Sequence record: DRR723986_5381
DNA length: 64,000 nucleotides
Strand: one strand, 5' to 3'
The translations under genes and the position numbers were made by a program. Below, piece by piece: positions 21,277 through 31,092 of this stretch (positions are counted from its first letter, which is position 1; the number at the start of each line of letters is the position of its first letter). Below the pieces are notes generated by a model. The model searched no databases and was not told the DNA's origin. It worked only from the letters and a program-made list of their open reading frames with translations.

Positions 21277-22920
21277 ATGGCAGAAGTAATAAACATGCCG
21301 CGTTTAAGCGATACTATGGAAGAAGGTACTGTTGCGGCTTGGTTGAAAAAAGTTGGTGACAAGGTAGAAGAAGGTGATATTCTTGCAGAAATTGAAACCG
21401 ATAAAGCGACTATGGAGTTTGAATCATTTCATGAAGGTACACTACTGCATATTGGTGTCAATGAAGGTGAAACTACTAAGGTAGATGAGCTTTTGGCTAT
21501 AATTGGTGACGAAGGTGAGGATATATCATCTCTTTTAAATGGTAATTCTGAAAACAATGATATAGATTCTGAGAATTCAGATAATGATGAAGAGGTACAA
21601 GATATTTCAGATGCAGATAATAGTGAGTCTTCAAACGAAGAATTACCAGAAGGTGTAATCGTTGTAACTATGCCTAGGCTAAGTGATACAATGGAAGAGG
21701 GAACAGTTGCTACATGGTTAAAGAAAGTTGGTGATGAGGTTGAAGAAGGAGATATTTTAGCAGAAATTGAAACAGATAAAGCAACGATGGAGTTTGAATC
21801 TTTTCAATCGGGTACCTTATTACACGTTGGCTTGGACGAAGGTGAATCGGCGAAAGTAGACGCCTTACTTGCCATAATTGGTCCAGCAGGTACAGATGTT
21901 TCTTCTGTAGCTAAGAATTTTAAAATTGGTGGTGGTGAAACAAAACCAGAACCTAAGGAAGAAGAAAAGAGAGTAGAGCCAAAAGAAGCTCCTAAAGCTG
22001 TCGAATCAAAAAAGGAAGCACCGAAAACATCTCATAGTACTGCAGTTTCAAATGATGGAGGACGCATATTTGTATCTCCATTAGCAAAGAAAATGGCTGA
22101 AGAGAAAGGGATTAATTTATCTCAAGTAAATGGTTCAGGTGAAAACGGTAGAATTGTAAAAAGAGATATAGAAAATTATACACCATCAGCTGCGGCTCAG
22201 TCTTCAGCACCTATTGCTAAATTTGTTCCTTCAGGCCAAGAAGATTTTGATGAGGTACCAAATTCAAATATGCGTAAAGCAATAGCTAAGAATTTAGCTA
22301 AATCTAAATTTACAGCGCCACATTATTATTTAAATGTGGAATTTGATATGGAAAATGCAATTGCATTTAGAGCTCAATATAATTCATTACCAGATACCAA
22401 AATATCATATAATGATATGATTGTAAAGGCTTGTGCTTTAGCACTACGTCAGCATCCACAAGTTAATTCACAGTGGTTCGATGACAGAATGCAACTCAAT
22501 AATCATGTGCATATTGGTGTAGCTGTTGCTGTGCCAGATGGGTTAGTTGTTCCTGTGGTAAAATTTGCTAATGAACAAAGCCTTACACAAATTGGGGCAG
22601 CAGTAAAAGAATTTGCAGGTAAAGCTAGAAATAAGAAGTTGACTCTAGATGAGATGGAAGGAAGTACGTTTACAATTTCTAATTTAGGAATGTTTGGTAT
22701 AGAAAGTTTTACATCTATCATTAATCAACCTAATTCTGCAATCTTATCAGTAGGTGCTATTGTTGCAAAACCAGTTGTTAAAGATGGAAAAGTAGTACCA
22801 GGAAATACCATGAAGTTAACTATGGCTTGTGACCATAGGACTGTTGATGGTGCAACTGGAGCTCAATTTTTGCAAACATTAAAAGGATATATAGAGAATC
22901 CTGTAACTATGCTTTTATAA
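21277..22920 (+). CDS. pdhC: Pyruvate dehydrogenase E2 dihydrolipoamide acetyltransferase with two lipoyl domains
   Basis: Two ETDKATME lipoyl motifs, E3-binding domain (SPLAKKMA) and catalytic DHRTVDG. Confidence 0.95.
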   Translation: MAEVINMPRLSDTMEEGTVAAWLKKVGDKVEEGDILAEIETDKATMEFESFHEGTLLHIGVNEGETTKVDELLAIIGDEGEDISSLLNGNSENNDIDSENSDNDEEVQDISDADNSESSNEELPEGVIVVTMPRLSDTMEEGTVATWLKKVGDEVEEGDILAEIETDKATMEFESFQSGTLLHVGLDEGESAKVDALLAIIGPAGTDVSSVAKNFKIGGGETKPEPKEEEKRVEPKEAPKAVESKKEAPKTSHSTAVSNDGGRIFVSPLAKKMAEEKGINLSQVNGSGENGRIVKRDIENYTPSAAAQSSAPIAKFVPSGQEDFDEVPNSNMRKAIAKNLAKSKFTAPHYYLNVEFDMENAIAFRAQYNSLPDTKISYNDMIVKACALALRQHPQVNSQWFDDRMQLNNHVHIGVAVAVPDGLVVPVVKFANEQSLTQIGAAVKEFAGKARNKKLTLDEMEGSTFTISNLGMFGIESFTSIINQPNSAILSVGAIVAKPVVKDGKVVPGNTMKLTMACDHRTVDGATGAQFLQTLKGYIENPVTMLL

Positions 22921-22948
22921 TCATTAAATTAAAATACTCTTAATATTT

Positions 22949-22982
22949 AAAGCCTATTTCTGTTTTAGAAATAGGTTTTTTT
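22949..22982 (+). terminator. Intrinsic terminator after pdhC
   Basis: cctatttct-gtttt-agaaatagg stem followed by a T run. Confidence 0.75.
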
Positions 22983-23005
22983 ATCTTTAAACTCAAAGTA
23001 ATAAT

Positions 23006-24001
23006 ATGAAAAGAATACTCTCAATTGTTTTAATATCGCTAATAGTTTCTTGTTCTATTAGTAAAAAGTCTGCAGACGGTAAACCTGGAAAAGATGGTAA
23101 TTCTGCGAAAGTTGAAATTTTAAAATCTTCAATTCAAAAAAGCATGGAATATTTGGCTTCAGATGAATTAGCAGGTAGAGCCACAGGTAGTGAAGGTATT
23201 GAGAAAGCAGCAGTCTTTATTGAAAACTATTTAGAGTCTAATAACATTAAGCCTTATTTTGAGAGCTATAGAGACAATTTTGAAGTCGAAAATAAGAGAA
23301 ATGGTAAAGTTTTAAAAGGGTTTAATGTAGTTGGTATTGTTGAAGGAAACGATCCTGTTCTAAAAAATGAATACATTATTCTAGGTGGACACTACGATCA
23401 TATAGGGAATGGAAAAGAGGTTGATGGTGATACTATTGCTAATGGTGCAAATGATGATGCCTCAGGAACAATTGCTGCGATGGAATTAGGTAATTATTTT
23501 GCAAAAACTAAAACTAATAAACGAAGCATTATAATTACGCTCTACTCTGCAGAAGAAATGGGCTTAAAGGGTTCAGCTCATTTAGCAAAAAGATTGAAAG
23601 AAGATGGTATTAATGTTTATACCATGATTAATTTTGAAATGGTTGGTGTGCCAAGAGCATCTGATAAATCAATTGCATATATGAGTGGTTATGAGCGTTC
23701 TAATTTTGCAGAAACTTTAAACAGATATGCAGGTGAAAAAGTTGTTGGGTTTTTTGAAAAAGCCAAAAGTTTTAATTTGTTTATGCGCTCTGATAATTTT
23801 CCTTTCTATAAAGAATTAAACATTCCTGCACACGCAATTTCAACATTCGATTTTACAAATTTTGATTATTATCATCATGTAGATGATGAAGCCGATAAAA
23901 TGGATTATGATCACATGGCAAGTTTCTTAAATAAATTGGTACCTGCTTTAGAGGGTATGATGAATTCGCAAACAAAAGAAGTACTATTAAACGATGAGTA
24001 A
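23006..24001 (+). CDS. M28 family metallopeptidase lipoprotein
   Basis: Lipobox IVSC; GHYDH, GANDDASG, AEEMGL, RSDN and YHH motifs. Confidence 0.88.
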   Translation: MKRILSIVLISLIVSCSISKKSADGKPGKDGNSAKVEILKSSIQKSMEYLASDELAGRATGSEGIEKAAVFIENYLESNNIKPYFESYRDNFEVENKRNGKVLKGFNVVGIVEGNDPVLKNEYIILGGHYDHIGNGKEVDGDTIANGANDDASGTIAAMELGNYFAKTKTNKRSIIITLYSAEEMGLKGSAHLAKRLKEDGINVYTMINFEMVGVPRASDKSIAYMSGYERSNFAETLNRYAGEKVVGFFEKAKSFNLFMRSDNFPFYKELNIPAHAISTFDFTNFDYYHHVDDEADKMDYDHMASFLNKLVPALEGMMNSQTKEVLLNDE

Positions 24002-24677
24002 AAATATTATAATAACAGGTACAAGTAGAGGTATTGGTTTTGAGTTGGTAAAGTTATTTGCTAGTCAAGGACATAAGGTTTTGGCTTTATCAAGAAATTC
24101 AGAACCTGTGACTAGCCTTTCACTTAAAAATGTAACATGTTTTTCATTCGATTTGTCGGATGATAATAGTTACAACAAAGTTGATCAGTTCATTAAAGAT
24201 AATTGGAATCATGTAGATATTTTAATAAATAATGCGGGACTTCTATTAAACAAACCATTTACTGACACCTCATTCAATGATTTTAAAAAAGTTTACGAAA
24301 TCAATGTTTTTGGAGTGTCAGAAATGACGCGCATAGTATTACCATACATGCAAGGTGATGGGCATGTTGTAACCATAAGTTCAATGGGTGGTATTCAAGG
24401 AAGTATGAAATTTCCGGGATTAGCAGCATACAGCTCAAGTAAAGGAGCCGTTATTACACTTTCAGAATTACTTGCAGAAGAATATAAAGAAACAGGGCCA
24501 CAGTTTAACGTGTTAGCACTAGGTGCTGTACAAACAGAGATGTTGCAAGAGGCATTTCCGGATTATGAAGCACCAACGTCAGCTATAGAAATGGCTACAT
24601 ATATTCAAGGTTTTGCACTAACAGGAAATAAATACTATAACGGAAAAGTGCTACAAGTCTCTAATTCTACACCATAA
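23994..24677 (+). CDS. SDR family oxidoreductase
   Basis: TGTSRGIG, NNAG and YSSSK catalytic motif. Confidence 0.92.
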   Translation: MSKNIIITGTSRGIGFELVKLFASQGHKVLALSRNSEPVTSLSLKNVTCFSFDLSDDNSYNKVDQFIKDNWNHVDILINNAGLLLNKPFTDTSFNDFKKVYEINVFGVSEMTRIVLPYMQGDGHVVTISSMGGIQGSMKFPGLAAYSSSKGAVITLSELLAEEYKETGPQFNVLALGAVQTEMLQEAFPDYEAPTSAIEMATYIQGFALTGNKYYNGKVLQVSNSTP

Positions 24678-25319
24678 ATGTATAGGTACAAGTGTATCAT
24701 CTTTGATTGCGATGGAGTCCTCGTGGATAGTGAACCATTAAGTAATCAAGTTATGGTGGACATTGCTAACGAATTGGGTGCATCAATAAATCTAGATTAT
24801 GCTTATAAACATTTTAAAGGAAACTCATTTAATAATTGTGCATCTCAAATAGCAAATTTAATTGGTAAAGATGTACCTGAAGATTTAGAAGATCAATATA
24901 GAAAACGCTCTTATAAAAAATTTAGAGAGGAAATAAAACCTATTGAAGGAGTTAAGCAATTACTTGAAAGTATAAATATTCCTTATTGTGTGGCGTCTAG
25001 TGGACCTGAGCAAAAAATACGTCTTAATTTAGAACTTACTGGTCTAATCGAATATTTCAACTCAAATATTTTTAGTTGTTATTCCATTCAAAAATGGAAA
25101 CCAGATCCAGCGATATTTCATTGGGCAACTGAGAGTTTAGGATTTAAACCAAAAGATTGTCTTGTAATAGAAGATAGTCTTATTGGTGCAGAGGCTGCAT
25201 TAAGAGGTGGATTTGATGTTTTTGGTTACACTGCTCATGATTATAAGGATGAGTTAAAGAATAAGGCCACAAAAACCTTTGATAGCATGTTAAAATTGCA
25301 AGAGTTACTCATATATTAA
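24678..25319 (+). CDS. HAD-superfamily (IA) hydrolase/phosphatase
   Basis: FDCDGVLVDSE, VASS, KPDP and VIEDS. Confidence 0.9.
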   Translation: MYRYKCIIFDCDGVLVDSEPLSNQVMVDIANELGASINLDYAYKHFKGNSFNNCASQIANLIGKDVPEDLEDQYRKRSYKKFREEIKPIEGVKQLLESINIPYCVASSGPEQKIRLNLELTGLIEYFNSNIFSCYSIQKWKPDPAIFHWATESLGFKPKDCLVIEDSLIGAEAALRGGFDVFGYTAHDYKDELKNKATKTFDSMLKLQELLIY

Positions 25320-25352
25320 AGCATATTTTTATATTTATAAAAAATTAGAAAT

Positions 25353-28300
25353 ATGAGTAAAAATCTACTCAAAGGAATAGCCCTTTTTTCACTTATTTTT
25401 TCTTCTCTTTTTACAAATAACACCTTAGTTGCTCAAAATTTTGATTCAGTTGCGTCTGTTGTAGGATTAGGTGTTCTAGAGGGAAATAATGGTGTAGCCG
25501 TTGCAGACTACGATGGTGATAATGATTTAGATATTTTTGTAGTTGCTAATGGAATTGACAATGCAGATAATCCTGCAAGTATTAGTCGATTGTTTAGAAA
25601 TAATAATGATGGTTCTTTCACTGATGTTACTGAAGCATCAGGTCTCACAGAATTATTAACCGAAGAAGAAGACACCCAAGAGACTCTCGCACAACAAGGA
25701 TTTAAGTTTAATGCTTCTTGGGGAGATTACAATAATGATGGTTTTCCTGATTTATTCTTAACCTATTCATTAAAAGTTCAACTTTGGAGAAATTTAGGTA
25801 ATGGAACATTTGCTAATGTAACAGGGATTTCTGGGTTGCCAACATCTAATGATTGTATTAATACAGGTGCTACCTGGTTCGATTATAATAATGATGGCTA
25901 TTTAGATATATATTTTAGTGATTGGAATAGGTGCGACACTAATTCAATGTACCGAAATAATGGAAACAATACATTTACTAACGTTACAGCGGATTTAGGC
26001 CTTGCAGAATTAGATGCAAATTACAGTTATACATCGTTGCCATTTGATATTAATAATGATGGCTGGATGGATTTAATCGTTACCAACGACCTTGAGGATG
26101 CAAACTATCTATACATAAATCAATCCGGAACATCGTTTGTAGAATCAGCACAAGCTTATGGTTTGGATAGCATGATCGATGATATGGGAATTGCAATAAG
26201 TGATTTTGATTTAGATGAGGATTTTGATTTTTATATCACAGGAATTGATGAAAAAGCCCTTTTGGAAAATAATGGGTCAAATAATTTTACTGAAACCTCA
26301 GATAATTATGGTATTAGCGCAACAGGATGGTCTTGGGGAACTCGTTTTGCCGATTTTGATTTAGATGGAGATGAGGATCTTTTCATTGTTAATGGTTATG
26401 ATTTTGAGCAAAGAGGTGCAGAACAAAATGTATATTTTAGGAACCTACATAGTCAAGGCCAAGCCAATTTTGAAGATGCATCTGTCGAAGTAGGATTAAA
26501 TGCAGAAACAGAAAGTGTGGAAGCGTTAGATTTTGATTACGACAATGATGGTGATTTAGATTTAATAGTCACTAGCTCAGATGGTGGTGTGCTTTTTTAT
26601 GAGAATAAAACTTTAAATTTCGATGATACTGCAAGTGCTTTAAATTGGTTTAAAGTGCACTTAGAAGGTACAGTTTCTAATAGAGATGCCATTGGAACAA
26701 CTCTTACTATAACAACAACTAACGGGACAGTAAAACGTTATTATTCTGGCGTTGGCTTTTTTAGTCAAAGTCAACAGGCAGTGCACTTTGGTCTTAATGA
26801 TGCAACAATGATTTCTGAGTTAGAAATTAAATGGCCGTCAGGTCTTGTTGAGACCTATAACAATTTAAATTCTAATACTACTATTAAAGCTACAGAAGGG
26901 CAAGGCTTTGTGGTACTAGATATAGAACCAAGTCAGAAAGTTTACGGTTGTACAGACCCTGTATCTTGTAATTACAATCCTGATGCTACTTTAGACGATG
27001 GGAGTTGTACTTATTTAACCTCTCAATCTATAGTTGGTAACGCCTCATCATCTTTTTTAAGAACAGAAAATTATAGCTATAACATTGCAAACGGTTCTAC
27101 AGCAACATGGCAAGTTACAGGAGGTGAATTAATTAGTGGTCAGGGTACTAGCGCTATTAGTGTAAAATGGCATCTGGAAGAATTTGGTAAAATATCTATT
27201 ATAGAAACAGACGATCAATGCTCTAGTTTAGAAGTTTCGCTAGATGTGGATTTAGGTACAGACAATCTTCCTGAGGATGTATCAATTGCCAGATTATGGA
27301 ACGAGGCATTACTTGAAGCTATAAGGTCTGATTTTGCAAGACCAACTGTACATGCCAGAAATTTATTTCATTCTAGTGTTGCTATGTATGATATATGGGC
27401 AATCTATGATGAAGAGGCTAGACCGTATCTTATCGGTAATACTGTAAACAATTTTAACAGCCAGTTAGAAGATTTTGTACTTATCGAAAGTATTGAAGAG
27501 TCTCGTGAACGTGCTATAAGTTATGCTATGTATCGTTTACTGTCGCATCGCTTTCAAAATTCGCCAGGTGTAGAAGAGACACAAAGAAGGTTTGATTTAT
27601 TAATGGATAAATTAGGTTATGATACCACGTATACATCACTGCTTTATGAGTTTGGGAATGCAGCTGCATTAGGAAATTACGTAGCCCAAACCCTAATAGA
27701 TTATGGCTTACAAGATGGTTCAAGAGAAGCTACAGGTTATGATAATGCCTATTACGAACCGGTTAATGCACCTTATGCTTTAGATGTAAGTAATAATCCG
27801 CCAATAAATGATCCTAATAGATGGCAACCATTAGCATTAGATATATTTATAGACCAAGGTGGAACCGTTATTGGTGAAGACGTTCCTTCGTTTTTAAGTC
27901 CAGAATGGGGAAATGTATATACGTTTGCTCTAACAGAGGATGAAAAAGTTACATTCGAAAGAGATGGCAACCAATACCATGTCTATCATGATCCTTCAGA
28001 TCCTCCGTACATTAGTTTAACCGAAGATAATGCGGCTAGTGATGCTTATAAATGGGGTTTTACAATGGTTTCTGTTTGGCAGTCTCATTTAGATCCAAGA
28101 GATGAGGTAATGTGGGACATATCACCAAATTCTATTGGAAATGTAGATATAAGTACATTCCCAACGGATTATGCAGATTATCCAGATTTCTATAATTATT
28201 TTGAAGGCGGCGGCAACAGTAATGGCCATGCTTTAAATCCAGTTACTGGGAGTCCGTACGAAACAAATATGGTTCCGCGTGGAGATTATGCTAGAGTGTT

Positions 28301-29387
28301 AGCTGAATTTTGGGCTGATGGACCAGATTCTGAAACACCACCAGGTCATTGGTTTACAATTTTAAACTATGTTAATGATCATCCTCAATTTGAAAAACGA
28401 TTTCAAGGAGAAGGTGAGGAATTAGATCCATTAGAGTGGGATGTTAAGGCTTATTTTATTTTAGGTGGTGGCATGCATGATTCTGCTATATCAGCTTGGA
28501 GTGTGAAAGGATGGTATGACTATATAAGACCTATTTCTGCAATACGATCTATGGCAGAACGAGGCCAAAGTACAAATCCGGCTTTAGAGAGTTATAATGT
28601 CTCAGGTATTCCATTAATTGATGGCTATATAGAAGTTGTTGAAGAAGGAGATCCACTTGCTGGTTTTGCAAATCAGCATGTTAATAAAATTAAATTATAC
28701 ACCTGGAAAGGCCATGATTTTATTGGTAATACTGAGATAGATCAAGCAGGTGTTGGTTGGATTTTGGCAGAAGATTGGTACCCTTACCAAAGACCAACTT
28801 TTGTAACTCCTCCATTTGCAGGTTATGTTTCTGGTCACTCAACATATTCTAGAGCAGCAGCAGAGCTAATGACAATGATGACAGGTGACGCTTTTTTTCC
28901 TGGTGGAATTGGTGAATTTGTAGCTAAAAAAGACGAGTTTCTGGTGTTTGAAGAAGGACCATCACAAGATGTGGTATTACAATGGGCAACTTATAGAGAT
29001 GCATCTGACCAAACAAGTTTGAGTAGAATTTGGGGAGGCATTCACCCACCAGCCGATGATATTCCTGGTCGATTTATTGGTCAAAAAGTAGCAGAACAGG
29101 TTTTTGATTTTGCTGTGCCTTATTTTAGAGGTGATAATCCAGTTATTACAGGAAATGAACAGATTATTTATCCTAATCCGACATCAGATAGAACATTAAA
29201 TATAACAAGTACTAGTGAATCAGATACTATCGGAGTTTTTGATATAAGAGGGCGCAAAATTGATATAATTAGCAGATCTTTTGATGAGCAATACAATAAA
29301 ACCACAATAAAAATTGAAACCGCAGCGGCTGGTTTATACATGCTAAGAGTTAATTCTAACTCTAAAATGATAGTTGTTAAAGATTAA
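25353..29387 (+). CDS. T9SS-secreted multidomain protein: FG-GAP propeller, ASPIC/UnbV, Ig-like linker, vanadium-haloperoxidase/PAP2-like domain, type A CTD
   Basis: Seven DxDxDG-like repeats; SNRDAIG...HFGL...WPSG; KX6RP, SGH and SRX5HX3D motifs; IIYPNP...GLYMLRV C-terminus. Confidence 0.82.
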   Translation: MSKNLLKGIALFSLIFSSLFTNNTLVAQNFDSVASVVGLGVLEGNNGVAVADYDGDNDLDIFVVANGIDNADNPASISRLFRNNNDGSFTDVTEASGLTELLTEEEDTQETLAQQGFKFNASWGDYNNDGFPDLFLTYSLKVQLWRNLGNGTFANVTGISGLPTSNDCINTGATWFDYNNDGYLDIYFSDWNRCDTNSMYRNNGNNTFTNVTADLGLAELDANYSYTSLPFDINNDGWMDLIVTNDLEDANYLYINQSGTSFVESAQAYGLDSMIDDMGIAISDFDLDEDFDFYITGIDEKALLENNGSNNFTETSDNYGISATGWSWGTRFADFDLDGDEDLFIVNGYDFEQRGAEQNVYFRNLHSQGQANFEDASVEVGLNAETESVEALDFDYDNDGDLDLIVTSSDGGVLFYENKTLNFDDTASALNWFKVHLEGTVSNRDAIGTTLTITTTNGTVKRYYSGVGFFSQSQQAVHFGLNDATMISELEIKWPSGLVETYNNLNSNTTIKATEGQGFVVLDIEPSQKVYGCTDPVSCNYNPDATLDDGSCTYLTSQSIVGNASSSFLRTENYSYNIANGSTATWQVTGGELISGQGTSAISVKWHLEEFGKISIIETDDQCSSLEVSLDVDLGTDNLPEDVSIARLWNEALLEAIRSDFARPTVHARNLFHSSVAMYDIWAIYDEEARPYLIGNTVNNFNSQLEDFVLIESIEESRERAISYAMYRLLSHRFQNSPGVEETQRRFDLLMDKLGYDTTYTSLLYEFGNAAALGNYVAQTLIDYGLQDGSREATGYDNAYYEPVNAPYALDVSNNPPINDPNRWQPLALDIFIDQGGTVIGEDVPSFLSPEWGNVYTFALTEDEKVTFERDGNQYHVYHDPSDPPYISLTEDNAASDAYKWGFTMVSVWQSHLDPRDEVMWDISPNSIGNVDISTFPTDYADYPDFYNYFEGGGNSNGHALNPVTGSPYETNMVPRGDYARVLAEFWADGPDSETPPGHWFTILNYVNDHPQFEKRFQGEGEELDPLEWDVKAYFILGGGMHDSAISAWSVKGWYDYIRPISAIRSMAERGQSTNPALESYNVSGIPLIDGYIEVVEEGDPLAGFANQHVNKIKLYTWKGHDFIGNTEIDQAGVGWILAEDWYPYQRPTFVTPPFAGYVSGHSTYSRAAAELMTMMTGDAFFPGGIGEFVAKKDEFLVFEEGPSQDVVLQWATYRDASDQTSLSRIWGGIHPPADDIPGRFIGQKVAEQVFDFAVPYFRGDNPVITGNEQIIYPNPTSDRTLNITSTSESDTIGVFDIRGRKIDIISRSFDEQYNKTTIKIETAAAGLYMLRVNSNSKMIVVKD

Positions 29388-29398
29388 TAGGAATTAAT

Positions 29399-30007
29399 TT
29401 GGAGTCAATACAAAAAACAGTCTTCGATTTTCTTCCTGTAGAATCACATAGCCATATTAAAGAACTATTGGCCGTTGATAATCTTTCAGTTAAGGTGAAA
29501 TCAGAAAGAAAAACAAGACATGGTGATTATAGGCAATTACCAAATGACAAGCATCAGATCACAGTTAATTCAAACCTTAATACGTATAGATTTCTAATTA
29601 CTTTAATTCATGAAATTGCACATTTTGAAACGTATAAAACATTTGGAAAGGCCATAAAACCTCATGGAAAGGAATGGAAGCGGACCTTTCAACATTTAAT
29701 GCTACCCTTTTTACGCCCTGATATTTTTCCAGAGGATTTATTACCATTATTAGCTAATCATTTTAAGAATCCTAAAGCATCTAGCGACACAGATACGCGA
29801 CTCGCCTTAGCACTAAAGCAATTCAACGAACCTAATAATAAAAACTATGTTTTTGAATTACTTTTGGGTCAGACATTTAAGCTATACAACGGCAAAGTCT
29901 TTAAAAAAGGTAATAAACTAAGAAAACGGTATGAATGTGTTGAAGTTAATACAGGTAAACTATATTTGTTTAATCCCAATGCAGAAGTAGAATTAATAGA
30001 AGAATGA
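29399..30007 (+). CDS. SprT-like zinc metalloprotease domain protein
   Basis: TLIHEIAH followed by PHGKEWK. Confidence 0.85.
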   Translation: MESIQKTVFDFLPVESHSHIKELLAVDNLSVKVKSERKTRHGDYRQLPNDKHQITVNSNLNTYRFLITLIHEIAHFETYKTFGKAIKPHGKEWKRTFQHLMLPFLRPDIFPEDLLPLLANHFKNPKASSDTDTRLALALKQFNEPNNKNYVFELLLGQTFKLYNGKVFKKGNKLRKRYECVEVNTGKLYLFNPNAEVELIEE

Positions 30008-31086
30008 AAAATAAAAACTATTACGCCATATTAATGGCAGGTGGAGTAGGGTCGCGATTTTGGCCTGTAAGTACACAAAATTTCCCAAAACAGTTTCACG
30101 ATATGTTGGGAACGGGTGATACACTTATTCAAAAGACATTCAATAGATTAGCGAAATTAATTCCTGAAGAGAATATTTTTATTCTTACAAATGAGCGCTA
30201 TAATGATTTAGTTTTTGAGCAATTACCTGGTATTACAAAAAGACAAGTAGTGCTAGAACCAGCAATGCGAAATACAGCACCATGTATATTATATGCGTCT
30301 TTAAAGATTCAAAAAGAGAATGAAGATGCAGTGATGATAGTTGCGCCAAGTGATCATTGGATTGAGGATGAGAATGCTTTTACTTCAAATGTGAAAACGG
30401 CCTTTGATTATTGCGAAAATAACAATGCTTTAATGACATTAGGTATTACTCCAACGTTTCCTAATACAGGATATGGTTATATAGAATACGATAAATCATC
30501 AACTACTGAAATTAAATCTGTCAATCAGTTTAGGGAAAAACCAGATTACGAAACTGCACAAAGTTTTTTAAATCAAGATAACTTCTTATGGAATGCAGGT
30601 ATTTTTATGTGGAGTGTAAAAACGGTTGTTTCTGCTTTTAAGCAAAATCAGCCAGAGTTATTTGAGTTATTTGAAAAGGGTTACAATGTATATAATACAG
30701 AATTTGAAGATGACTTTATAAGAGATAATTATGGGAAAGCCGAAAATATTTCTATGGATTATGCTTTAATGGAAAAAAGTGATAATGTATATGTGATACC
30801 AGCAACATTCGATTGGAATGACCTAGGTACTTGGGGAAGTTTATATGATAAGTTAGAAAAAGATAATAATAGTAATGCTGTGGTAAATTCTAAGACTTTA
30901 TTAGAAGACGCTTCTGGCAATATGATTAGGTCAAAAGAAGGTAAAATCATTGTTGTAGACGGACTAAAGGATTATATAATTGTAGATAAAGACGAAGTTT
31001 TACTTATCTTTCCTAAGGCTAAAGAACAAGATATTAAAAAAGTACTTCAAAATGTGAAAGCCAATTTTGGAGAATCTTATGGTTAA
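30004..31086 (+). CDS. Mannose-1-phosphate guanylyltransferase
   Basis: MAGGVGSRFWP...PKQF, RNTAP, PSDH, GYGYI, FREKP and WNDLGTW. Confidence 0.92.
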   Translation: MKNKNYYAILMAGGVGSRFWPVSTQNFPKQFHDMLGTGDTLIQKTFNRLAKLIPEENIFILTNERYNDLVFEQLPGITKRQVVLEPAMRNTAPCILYASLKIQKENEDAVMIVAPSDHWIEDENAFTSNVKTAFDYCENNNALMTLGITPTFPNTGYGYIEYDKSSTTEIKSVNQFREKPDYETAQSFLNQDNFLWNAGIFMWSVKTVVSAFKQNQPELFELFEKGYNVYNTEFEDDFIRDNYGKAENISMDYALMEKSDNVYVIPATFDWNDLGTWGSLYDKLEKDNNSNAVVNSKTLLEDASGNMIRSKEGKIIVVDGLKDYIIVDKDEVLLIFPKAKEQDIKKVLQNVKANFGESYG

Positions 31087-31092
31087 TTACTT

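Noticed and set aside
21295..21890. Direct sequence repeat inside pdhC
   Set aside because: It is the ordinary tandem lipoyl-domain duplication of E2
12469..22920. gldJ-porU-porV-cdd-pdhA-pdhC cluster, with pdhB missing, as a novel system
   Set aside because: This arrangement is familiar in flavobacteria; pdhB is presumably encoded elsewhere in the genome
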